A DNA stretch of 49,035 nt. It comes from Verrucomicrobiota bacterium. GTDB lineage: Bacteria; Verrucomicrobiota; Verrucomicrobiia; Limisphaerales; CANJXF01. This document shows, in pieces, positions 36,768-45,230 of this stretch. The notes beneath the pieces were generated by a model, which did no database searches, was not told the origin of the DNA, and was given only the letters and a program-made list of their open reading frames with translations. The translations under genes were made by a program, and so were the position numbers. Each line of letters starts with the position of its first letter. Position 1 is the first letter of the stretch. Location: positions 1 through 49,035 of the forward strand of contig JBDSYB010000129.1 of assembly GCA_039925885.1 (NCBI GenBank), written 5' to 3'.

Positions 36768-37020
36768 AGCCGATAGCTCATACGTGGTTGTCTCCTAGAA
36801 CGGCATTCATTCGGCTTCAGCGCACGAGGCTTTTTGTGCGCCTGACTCTCCATTTCATAACGGAACTTTACCGTTTCCCTTTCCACAAGACATTTGTCCA
36901 CAAGCGGGACAGGAGGATTTGATCTGCTGCTTGGTTTTCAGGGCGGATTCTGCGGCACAACGGTTGCTGGACGGAACGCGACTTTGCGGAAGCCGAAAAA
37001 ATGATCAGCAATCGCATTTT

Positions 37021-37257
37021 ATGAACAAGTATTTGGTGTTTACATATTACGTTGGCCGCTCTCTTGGAGGCCTCAAGGACTATCTTGATGCTTTCGAGTC
37101 CGTCGAAGAAGCGCTGGACAACATTTTGTTGGAACGTAATCGCTATTACCAAATCGTGGACAGAGACTCGATGAAGGTCGTGCGCGAAGGACTCTCGATG
37201 TTTAAGAATTTTGTGCCTGAGAAATTTAGTTCCGAAAATCCCACGACGGACGAATAA
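37021..37257 (+). CDS. small hypothetical protein (78 aa)
   Basis: The ATG-initiated ORF MNKYLVFTYYVGRSLGGLKDYLDAFESVEEALDNILLERNRYYQIVDRDSMKVVREG... has a protein-like composition. I recognised no family. The overlapping antisense ORF looks artefactual. Confidence 0.3.
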   Translation: MNKYLVFTYYVGRSLGGLKDYLDAFESVEEALDNILLERNRYYQIVDRDSMKVVREGLSMFKNFVPEKFSSENPTTDE

Positions 37258-37603
37258 TTCTTCACCCACAGCCGCCTCCAACGAAATCATTCCGAAACTT
37301 CTTCAACTAATACAGACGCTCGGCGGGCATTGCGCCCAAATTTTACTTCCGGCAAAAGCAAGAGTGTCGCGGCGAAAATCAAACTCGCGCTGATCCAGCC
37401 GAGACTTCGCAGGGACTATCCGGTAATCAGTTGAAAACCGCACCGCGGCGCGATAATTCCGCGAAGGCCAGTGAAAGTGGTTGCGGCAGTTTCCAAGATG
37501 CCAGCGCTCAAGGCGCGCCATCGTTTGTAGCGATAAGTGATTTGAGTTGCGTCTGGCCCAGACATGCGGGTGAAGATAATCCGCAAAATGCCGCGCGCAA
37601 AAA

Positions 37604-38884
37604 CTATTCGTGGACCGTCAGAGCTGGGAGGTAAAGATTGAAACTTGTTCCCTGACCAACGACGGAGTGGAGGTGCAGACACCCGTTTGCTTCTTTCAAC
37701 AACCGATGGACAATTGACAACCCGAGGCCGGTTCCTTTCCCCGGCGCTTTGGTGGAAAAATAGGGTTCAAAGATTTTTGAAATCAGTTCTGGTGGAATTC
37801 CCGGACCGGTGTCTTCGACAGAAAGGCGCAAGACCGGTCCTGCACTTTTTAATCCATCGCAGTTCAGCAGGGCGTCGTTCAGCCCTGTTTGGATTTTAGT
37901 GAGGTCGGGAGTTTCGGAGCAAATTTTTCCCGTGATTTTGACGGAATGAGGTTCGTCGGTCGCTTGAAAGCCATTGATCGCCAGGTTGAGCAGGATTTGA
38001 ATCAAATCGGTTCCGTTAATTTGCAGCGTGACGTCTTTGGGCAGAGAAGTGATTTCCAACTCATGGTTCGCTGTGCTGGGATGGGCGCGCAGAAGTTCTT
38101 CCAAATCTTTCAGAACCTGGTTCACCCGGACGCGGGCGGTTTCAGTCGAACGCTGGCGCATGAAGCTGAGATAACGCTGCGATATTTCAATGCAGTTGGT
38201 GACCTGTCGCGTCATGCGTTTGAGGCGGTCTTTCACCATGTCCAATGCTTCGCCTTCGACGCGATTTGCGTCGGCAATACGTTGGTTGATGAGTTGGATG
38301 AAGCCGGAAATAATCGTGAGCGGCCCATTGATGTCATGAATAATGCTGGCGTAAATTTCCCCGCGGGATTTGGAAATTTCTTCCTGCAATTTCTGATTCT
38401 GTAACTGGGATTGCAGTTCCAGCAGCTTCGTATTATTCATCTGCATTTCATCCGAGAGGGAGCGGCGTTCCATCGCGCTGGCGACGGCTTTCCGCATCGT
38501 TCCGATATCGAATGGTTTGTTGAGATAATCGCACGCGCCGAAACGCAATGCCTGACGAGCGGTCTCAATCGTTTCGTAAGCCGTCAACATGATGACCTCA
38601 ATTCCTGGATCGACGGCTTTCAATTGTCCGAGCAATTCGATTCCTGTCATACCCGCCATGCGGATGTCCGAAATGACCGCATCCACTCGATTTTGTTTAG
38701 CCAGCTCAATCGCTTTCGGGCCGCTGTCGGCCAGCAGGATGGTGTAATCGTCTTTGAAAACGACGCGAAGCGATTGCCGCGGACCTTCTTCGTCATCGAC
38801 AATCAGCAGAGTATATTTGCGAGTTGGAATGTCCGTTTTTTTCAAGCTTGCAACATCAGGTTTCGTGAACGAATCAGTTAACAT
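37604..38884 (-). CDS. response-regulator receiver fused to histidine kinase (REC-HisKA-HATPase)
   Basis: REC: LLIVDDEEG...VISDIRMAGMTG...IMLTAY...LNKPF. H-box: IIHDINGPL. HATPase: LLNLAINGFQAT, DTGPGI, FEPYFSTK, GTGLGLSIV. Confidence 0.8.
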   Translation of the reverse strand: MLTDSFTKPDVASLKKTDIPTRKYTLLIVDDEEGPRQSLRVVFKDDYTILLADSGPKAIELAKQNRVDAVISDIRMAGMTGIELLGQLKAVDPGIEVIMLTAYETIETARQALRFGACDYLNKPFDIGTMRKAVASAMERRSLSDEMQMNNTKLLELQSQLQNQKLQEEISKSRGEIYASIIHDINGPLTIISGFIQLINQRIADANRVEGEALDMVKDRLKRMTRQVTNCIEISQRYLSFMRQRSTETARVRVNQVLKDLEELLRAHPSTANHELEITSLPKDVTLQINGTDLIQILLNLAINGFQATDEPHSVKITGKICSETPDLTKIQTGLNDALLNCDGLKSAGPVLRLSVEDTGPGIPPELISKIFEPYFSTKAPGKGTGLGLSIVHRLLKEANGCLHLHSVVGQGTSFNLYLPALTVHE

Positions 38885-39042
38885 GAAAAATCAATGAAGC
38901 GCGAAATTGCATGCAACGAAAGTTGCCTCCCTACCGCGAACCGTTTTGGATATTCCATCGCGCATTTACTACGTGAACCCGTCAACGGAGGCGATGCTAC
39001 AGAAAGAAGTTTAGCTCACAAGAATATTCAGTGATGCCGAAA

Positions 39043-41115
39043 CTAATTAGGCGAATTTTTTAATTTAACGGTTTTTACCGAAGGGACGGTTTCAAAAGGA
39101 AGTGAAATGCGAACCAGGCCGGGCTCGCCCGGACCGGTGTGAACGATTTCAAGTTTGCCATGGTGCGTCTCGATAATTTTTTGGCTGACCGTCAGTCCTA
39201 AACCCAAACCCACATTGCGCGTTGTGAAAAATGGTTCGGGAACTTTTTCCGCCGCTTCAGGAGCGAAACCTGAGCCGTTGTCTTGGACTTCAATGTAAAC
39301 TCCTCCGTGCCCGACGTTTTTTCCATTCGCGTCGGTCACCGTTTTGATTCGCACGCCAACTTGCGCGTCTGAAGGATTTGCCTGCAACGCGTTCAACATC
39401 ACTTCGGCCAGCGCATGCTTCAGCGCCGCGCGATCTCCTTCGACAATGATAGGCTGATTTCCTTTGTCGTATTTCAATTGGGACGATTTGACGGACTGAT
39501 GTTTTTTGGCTTCCTGAAAAGCTTCCTCAATCAGCGGCACGAGTGGAAATGCATCGTGTGAGGCCGTCGAATCGCGCGCTAGAAATCGCATCTGATTCAG
39601 GAGTCGGCCCACACGTTTGACCCCGTCGGCCAGAGCGGAATCCAACGAGGCGCGAAATTCCGCATCTTTATATTTGTCGGCGAGTAATTGCTGATGGGTT
39701 GAAATCGGCACCATCGCATTTCCAATTTCGTGCGCGAGGCGGTCGGCCATCATTTTAACGAGGCGCAAATTGGCCGCCTCAATTTCCAGGTGTTGTAGTT
39801 GCTGGCTTTGGGTGTGGTCTTCCACCATGAGCAACGCGGAGTTTGGCAATACTGAATTTTCTCCCTGGAACGGAACAATGGTCACGTGATAAATCGTCTC
39901 AGGATTTTCCGGCGGATTATATTTGAAGGTCGAGACAGCGGTGCCGGTTTTGAGTACTTGATAAACTTTACTGCCCAACGTTTGCGGCAGATCACTGAAT
40001 TCAAGATCAGTATTGCGGCGACCCGCCGAGGTAAAATATTTCCTCGCCATTTTATTGACGTGCAGAATGGTGAGATCGCGGTTGACGACGACGCACGCGC
40101 TGCTGAGCTGACGCAAAATGTCGGCCATCATTTCGTGGTTGGCCGAAAGCTGGTCGTGCAAAGAAATATTTTTCACCGCCAGTGCCAATTCCTCCAGCAA
40201 ATGGAAAATCAATTCGAGTTCACCATTGCTGAGCGACTCGCCGGTGACACGTCCATCAAATGTGGCAATACCCACCAACGTTTCGCGATCAAGAATTGGA
40301 ATCGCGACTTCTGCTCCCAGCAATTCAAATTCCTTTTGGATCTCCAGATCGGATTGTGCGTCGAAACCGTTGCGGCGTACGATTTTGTTGTGACGGAAAA
40401 GATGACCGCCAATGCCCGCGTCGAAAGACAATTGGAAATGTTCCAGCATGCCGGTGGGCAGGCCGATGGCGCAAGCGGAACGCAGGCGGCGGCTTTCGTC
40501 GAGGGGGATTTTTCCGCTAAAAACCGATCCTGTCGGGCGCAAAAAAATGGCGGCGCGATTGACGCCAATTAACTCTCGCAGAAAAAGTAAGAATTGTTTC
40601 AGCATTGCTTCAGCGCAAAGCGAGTGGGTGAGAATGGCGGAAAAATCGCGCAAAACTTCGAGCGCCTGAAACGCTTTTTGTCCGCCTTCCGTGGCGGGAG
40701 TTTTTTCAGCCGGACGAAGCGCACGATTGGTCGCGGTGGGGACGTCCAGTCGTGAATTGGTTGAAGCCCAAAGTCGTTCGAGCAACGTGTTGAGGATTCT
40801 CGGACGAACTGGTTTGGTCAAAATATGGGCGACGCCGTGAAGATAAGCTTCTTCCTCCCATTCCCAGTTCGGGCCGGAAAACAGAAGTATCGGACACCTG
40901 GGAAGATTGCGCCGCAGCTTTTCAATGATCCAAATACCTTGAACGTCGGTGAGATCGACATCGATGATGCTCGCGTCAACCAGTCCGTGAATTAAGAGTG
41001 GTTCTGCGTCCTCAATATTGAGGCGATAAACGACTTTGTAATGTTCCGAACTAAGACACTCTCGAATCGAATCCGCCAGCTCCGGGTGTTGGGCCAAGAC
41101 AAGTAACGTTTTCAT
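39043..41115 (-). CDS. sensor histidine kinase with N-terminal receiver-like domain, GAF and PAS-like regions
   Basis: The receiver-like N-terminus lacks the acidic pair (LLVLAQHPE). The central region is GAF-like and PAS-like. H-box LAHEIGNAM. HATPase MLNALQAN, DNGSGF, EPFFTTR, GLGLGLTV. Confidence 0.8.
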   Translation of the reverse strand: MKTLLVLAQHPELADSIRECLSSEHYKVVYRLNIEDAEPLLIHGLVDASIIDVDLTDVQGIWIIEKLRRNLPRCPILLFSGPNWEWEEEAYLHGVAHILTKPVRPRILNTLLERLWASTNSRLDVPTATNRALRPAEKTPATEGGQKAFQALEVLRDFSAILTHSLCAEAMLKQFLLFLRELIGVNRAAIFLRPTGSVFSGKIPLDESRRLRSACAIGLPTGMLEHFQLSFDAGIGGHLFRHNKIVRRNGFDAQSDLEIQKEFELLGAEVAIPILDRETLVGIATFDGRVTGESLSNGELELIFHLLEELALAVKNISLHDQLSANHEMMADILRQLSSACVVVNRDLTILHVNKMARKYFTSAGRRNTDLEFSDLPQTLGSKVYQVLKTGTAVSTFKYNPPENPETIYHVTIVPFQGENSVLPNSALLMVEDHTQSQQLQHLEIEAANLRLVKMMADRLAHEIGNAMVPISTHQQLLADKYKDAEFRASLDSALADGVKRVGRLLNQMRFLARDSTASHDAFPLVPLIEEAFQEAKKHQSVKSSQLKYDKGNQPIIVEGDRAALKHALAEVMLNALQANPSDAQVGVRIKTVTDANGKNVGHGGVYIEVQDNGSGFAPEAAEKVPEPFFTTRNVGLGLGLTVSQKIIETHHGKLEIVHTGPGEPGLVRISLPFETVPSVKTVKLKNSPN

Positions 41116-41265
41116 CGTTCGTAATTCGAACCAAAAATTTCCATAAAAATGCTATCTGATTCCAAAAATCCACTAGCGTGTTATACATTTTTTCCTGACG
41201 CTGGCAACTCATTGCTGAACCTTTCTTGGGTGCCCCGTTGGAAATCCGCCGAAAGCGGGCAAGTA

Positions 41266-42516
41266 CTACTCGGTCGCGATCAATTTTTCCCAGACGACAT
41301 CGTTCAACAGCACTTTTTGCAGGAATTTTTCGTCTTCCTGCACAGCCGGAGGTGAATTGGGATTGGTGAGCAACTGTAGAACGAACGTTGTGCCCAGGCC
41401 TTCGTTCCGCGCCTCAATGCTTCCTCCGTGATGATGCACGATAAAAAAACAAGCCATCAGATTAATCCCATATTCCAGCGGGGTGTCGGTCCGCAAAGCG
41501 AATGGATCAAACACGAGTTGCAACGCATCCTTTGGCAAGCCAGGCCCATCGTCAGCGACTTTGATCTCGATGTGTCCATTGCGTCCCGAAGCCGAAAGCC
41601 GAACGGTGCTGCCCGAAGGCAAACTGACGATTTCGTCTTTAAACAACAATTCGAAGAGCCGAGAAAATTTTGGCCGATCTACCATCAGAGGCGAAAGCGA
41701 AGTGGGAATATTGTTTTCGACCGCGATATTTTTTTCCGCAAAATTGGGCGCCAGTTTTTTTACCACCTCCGCGACCACTTCATGAAGCTGGACGCTATCG
41801 GCGAACCCCAATGAAGGATTATCCGAGGCCGCCCACAAGTCCTTGAGCATGTTGTTGATTTTCTCGATCTGGAATTGGACATTCTGATGGTAGTCTTTCC
41901 AAAATTCCGGGTTGCGCAAATCTTCGTCCGCCTTTTCCTCATGCATTTTCGTTGGCGCTAAATCCAGAAATGTTTTCACGGCGACGAGCGAATTGCGGAT
42001 GTGATGGCTCATGCCTGCCGCCAAAAGCCCTAATCGAACTATGTGTTCGGCCACCATCATGTTGCGGAGCACCGAAACTTTTTCTTTCAACAACATGTCG
42101 CGCTCTTGTTGCGTGGCAAAAAATTCCAGGGCGCGTTTTAAGGTTTGCTCCAGATGCGGCGGGTCCCACGGTTTGGTGACATATTTATAAATCGCACCCG
42201 TGTTCACGGCCGCAATTGCCGCATCCATGTCTGCGTAGGCCGTGGCCAAAATTCGGATAATGCGCGGGCGGAGTTGGCGCGCTTTTTCGAGAAGCCAAAC
42301 GCCTTTTTCGCCAGGCATCCGCTGATCGGTCATCAGAACGCCAATGTCGTCTTTGTGTTCTTCCAGAAGTTTGAGACCTTCTTGGGCGTTGGATGCGGTC
42401 AGAATGCGGAAGTGTTCTTCGAAGGCGCGCGCAAAATATTTCAGCGACATCTCTTCGTCATCGACGTAGAGAATGGCAAAGCGTTTTGAATTCGAAATGT
42501 TTTGCGTCACGGCCAA
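41266..42516 (-). CDS. response-regulator receiver fused to a degenerate histidine-kinase-like domain (PhcR-like architecture)
   Basis: TTG start at 42516. REC: ILYVDDEE...LMTDQRMPGEKG...ILATAY...VTKPWD. The H-box-like motif is GMSHHIRNSL. The G1 box DDGPGL is present, but the N box (ELLFKDEI) and G2 box (EYGINLMACF) are degenerate. Confidence 0.75.
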   Translation of the reverse strand: MAVTQNISNSKRFAILYVDDEEMSLKYFARAFEEHFRILTASNAQEGLKLLEEHKDDIGVLMTDQRMPGEKGVWLLEKARQLRPRIIRILATAYADMDAAIAAVNTGAIYKYVTKPWDPPHLEQTLKRALEFFATQQERDMLLKEKVSVLRNMMVAEHIVRLGLLAAGMSHHIRNSLVAVKTFLDLAPTKMHEEKADEDLRNPEFWKDYHQNVQFQIEKINNMLKDLWAASDNPSLGFADSVQLHEVVAEVVKKLAPNFAEKNIAVENNIPTSLSPLMVDRPKFSRLFELLFKDEIVSLPSGSTVRLSASGRNGHIEIKVADDGPGLPKDALQLVFDPFALRTDTPLEYGINLMACFFIVHHHGGSIEARNEGLGTTFVLQLLTNPNSPPAVQEDEKFLQKVLLNDVVWEKLIATE

Positions 42517-42536
42517 TTAGTTTTTCGGAATTTACT

Positions 42537-45230
42537 CTAGCGTTTCGCCGGGAATTCCAAAGTAAATTCAGCAAATTTCCCCGGTTCGCTGGCCACACTG
42601 ATTGTGCCGTTGTTTTCCTGCATAATCTGGTAGCAAATGCTCAATCCAAGCCCCATGCCTTCACCGACATCTTTCGTGGTAAAAAATGGATCAAAAATTT
42701 TGTTCATCGCTGCTTCGGGAATCCCGTTTCCGTTGTCGCGAAGGGTGATGATGCTTGTATTCTCATCCATTTTTCCACTGATCCAAATTGTTGGTTTCGT
42801 GTCGGCGTCAAAAATTTTCCCCTTCAACGCATCGAGCGAATTTTGCAGCAAGTTGATAAAAACCTGGAGCAATCGATTTGTATTGCCGAAGACAACCTGT
42901 CTTTCCGGCACATTGAGTTCGATGTGGACGCGATCCTTCCATTCATTGCCCGTGAATCGCAGCGCGGAATTAACGACTTGCAAAATCTCGATGGCTTCCG
43001 AGTGTCCGGTGTCGGGATGAGTAAATTTTCGCAGATCGAGAACGATATTCTTGACTCGACTGATACCTTCTTCCACGTCCTTCAACACTTCCGCATATTG
43101 CGCCTGCTGTTCAGCGGCGAGAAACTTGCCTTTGTTCCGCAACGTGTAAAGTCCAGTTGCCGCATAGTTCAGCGGATTGTTAATTTCATGAATGATTCCG
43201 GCGCTCATGCGTCCCATCGACGCCATTTTTTCGGTCTGGACCAACTGCATTTCAGTCTGCTTAAGTTGCTCGATGGTTTGTTCCAATAGTTTGTTTTTGT
43301 CCGCCAATTTTTCCTGATAGTCGTGCGCGTCCAAAAGATTTTTAATGCGGACGTGAAGTTCAGTCGTGGAAAAAGGCTTCGTTAAAAAATCATTTGCTCC
43401 AGCGGAAAGCGCCGTGAGTTTCGTCTGCTCATCCCCGCGCGCCGTCAACATGATGATTGGAATATTTCTGGTCGCGCTCTTTTCGCGCAACTCGCGGCAA
43501 ACCTGCAATCCGTCTTTCTCCGGCATGTTCATGTCCACCAGAATGATGTCGGGAATATTTTCCAACGCTTTTTCAACGGCCTCTTTTCCGTCGATCGCTT
43601 CGGTGACTTGAAATTTATTTTTCAACTGCGATTTGAGGAAACGCAACATGTCCGGCTCGTCGTCAGCGATCAAAATATTTGGATTGTTTCCGTTGTGGGA
43701 AATTTCTGTCGCTTCAACTTCCTGGGTCGCGGTTGCCGGAAAAAATTCCGCGCGCCGATACAAATTTGCCAGCCACTCTTCGGATTGCGGAGCGGAAACT
43801 TCGTTCGATGGCGCTGAAGGAATTTGTTCGTGAGCGGTTTGGATTTGCAAAGGCTCAACTTGCGCCGCGCTGTCTGCTGGCAAATACGGAATTCGCACCG
43901 TGAATTTTGTTCCTTTGCCTTCCTCGCTTTCCACCGAAACTTTGCCGCCGTGGATTTCCGTGAGTTCTTTGACCAGCGACAATCCAATGCCAACACCTTG
44001 AAATTTTCGTTTGGAGGAACCGTCCGCTTGCCAAAAGCGGTCGAACACAAAGGGCAAATTCTTTTGTGCGATTCCAATGCCGGTGTCCGTCACGGTCAGA
44101 AGAAAATCTTTTCCCTCCCTGGCGACGCGTAATTCCACGCGCCCATCTTTGGGAGTGAATTTCAACGCGTTAAAAATCAAATTCAAAATCACTTTTTCAA
44201 GTTTGTCGCGGTCAACCAGCACTGCGCCGAAATCCGGCTCCACGGAAATCTCCAGTTTGATTCCTTTATTTTCCGCCATTTGTTGCGCGGCGCTGGCGAT
44301 GTTGCGGATGAACGCCGTCATCTCCATCGGCTCCCGTTTCACTTCCAGACGGCCCGATTCCAAACGAACGAGATCAAGCAAGTCGTTGATCAATTTCAGA
44401 AGCCGCATCCCGTTGGCGTGCATGATTCCAAACAAACTTTTGGTCTCGCCGTCAAAACTCCCGCCGCGCTGGTGAAGCATCGTTTCGAGCGGCGAAAGTA
44501 AAAGCGTTAGCGGCGTGCGCAGTTCATGACTGATATTCGCGAAGAAACGGTCTTTGACCTGGCCGAGTTCGACGAGCTTTTCGTTGGTCTGCTCCAACAT
44601 CCGGCGGTTCTTGTCCAATTCGTAACGCAACGCGAATTCGCGAAAGCGCAACTTGTTGAAAAAATAATTTCCCGTAATGACGATGATTCCCGTGAGCGTG
44701 AGAAAATAGAGATTGTTGAAAAAGATTCCAAAATTCGCCAGCGCGCCCGGTTTTAGAAAACAGGCCGCCAAATACATCAGCGTGATCAGGCCGACTGTGA
44801 TGAACGACTCCAGGATGCTCCAATGCAGAACGACGTTGAGCGCGAGCAGAATTAAATTCAGCCCGGCGTAATATGGAGAAACCGTTCCCTCAGTGGCCCA
44901 GATCATCCAGTCGATGAAAAATGCGGGCGAGAGAACAATCGCCATGCCGAGGAGCCGATGGTGTTTCTGGCCAAAACTTTTGGTGTAAAGAAACCACATC
45001 ATTGCCGCGACCACAGAACAAGCCAGACGCAAGGCGAAAAATTCCGGGACACGATCGCGATAAACAAAGAAATCCAGAGTGACTCCGGCGGGCATGAGGA
45101 ACACCACGAGCGCAGAACCGACCTTGCCCGCGTGGATTCTCTCCCGCAGTTCATGAATGCGATAGGTCTCTTTGAATTCTGGCGAATCCAGGAGAGCTTC
45201 GTTAACCGTTGTTGGGTTTTCTGACTTCAA
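42537..45230 (-). CDS. membrane-embedded hybrid sensor kinase with two complete kinase cores (about 6 TM, HisKA/HATPase, REC, HisKA/HATPase)
   Basis: TTG start at 45230, 29 nt inside the upstream gene. About six hydrophobic segments have only short loops. Core 1: SHELRTPL, NLIFNALKFT, DTGIGI, GVGIGLSLV. REC: ILIADDEPD...LVDMNMPEKDG...KPF. Core 2: IIHEINNPL, NLLQNSLDAL, DNGNGI, GMGLGLSI. Confidence 0.8.
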   Translation of the reverse strand: MKSENPTTVNEALLDSPEFKETYRIHELRERIHAGKVGSALVVFLMPAGVTLDFFVYRDRVPEFFALRLACSVVAAMMWFLYTKSFGQKHHRLLGMAIVLSPAFFIDWMIWATEGTVSPYYAGLNLILLALNVVLHWSILESFITVGLITLMYLAACFLKPGALANFGIFFNNLYFLTLTGIIVITGNYFFNKLRFREFALRYELDKNRRMLEQTNEKLVELGQVKDRFFANISHELRTPLTLLLSPLETMLHQRGGSFDGETKSLFGIMHANGMRLLKLINDLLDLVRLESGRLEVKREPMEMTAFIRNIASAAQQMAENKGIKLEISVEPDFGAVLVDRDKLEKVILNLIFNALKFTPKDGRVELRVAREGKDFLLTVTDTGIGIAQKNLPFVFDRFWQADGSSKRKFQGVGIGLSLVKELTEIHGGKVSVESEEGKGTKFTVRIPYLPADSAAQVEPLQIQTAHEQIPSAPSNEVSAPQSEEWLANLYRRAEFFPATATQEVEATEISHNGNNPNILIADDEPDMLRFLKSQLKNKFQVTEAIDGKEAVEKALENIPDIILVDMNMPEKDGLQVCRELREKSATRNIPIIMLTARGDEQTKLTALSAGANDFLTKPFSTTELHVRIKNLLDAHDYQEKLADKNKLLEQTIEQLKQTEMQLVQTEKMASMGRMSAGIIHEINNPLNYAATGLYTLRNKGKFLAAEQQAQYAEVLKDVEEGISRVKNIVLDLRKFTHPDTGHSEAIEILQVVNSALRFTGNEWKDRVHIELNVPERQVVFGNTNRLLQVFINLLQNSLDALKGKIFDADTKPTIWISGKMDENTSIITLRDNGNGIPEAAMNKIFDPFFTTKDVGEGMGLGLSICYQIMQENNGTISVASEPGKFAEFTLEFPAKR

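Noticed and set aside
36820-36841. The hairpin GCGCAC-N10-GTGCGC after cysA, considered as a terminator.
   Set aside because: The stem is only 6 bp, the loop is 10 nt, and no U-tract follows. That is too weak to annotate.
36868-37290. A 140-aa minus-strand ORF between cysA and the kinase operon.
   Set aside because: It is antisense to the more protein-like 78-aa plus-strand ORF (37021-37257) and has no motifs. Even the plus-strand ORF is only a low-confidence call.
37290-37560. Two short consecutive minus-strand frames (MSGPDATQITYRYKRW...QLITG and SLRSLGWISASLIFAATLLLLPEVKF...) that might be a frameshifted small membrane protein downstream of the last kinase.
   Set aside because: Each piece is under 50 aa. 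I recognised no family and no clear start for the second piece. The signal cannot be separated from noise by eye.
42393-43289. A 298-aa plus-strand ORF spanning the junction of two kinase genes.
   Set aside because: It is antisense to two strongly motif-supported genes, and its translation has no recognisable domain.
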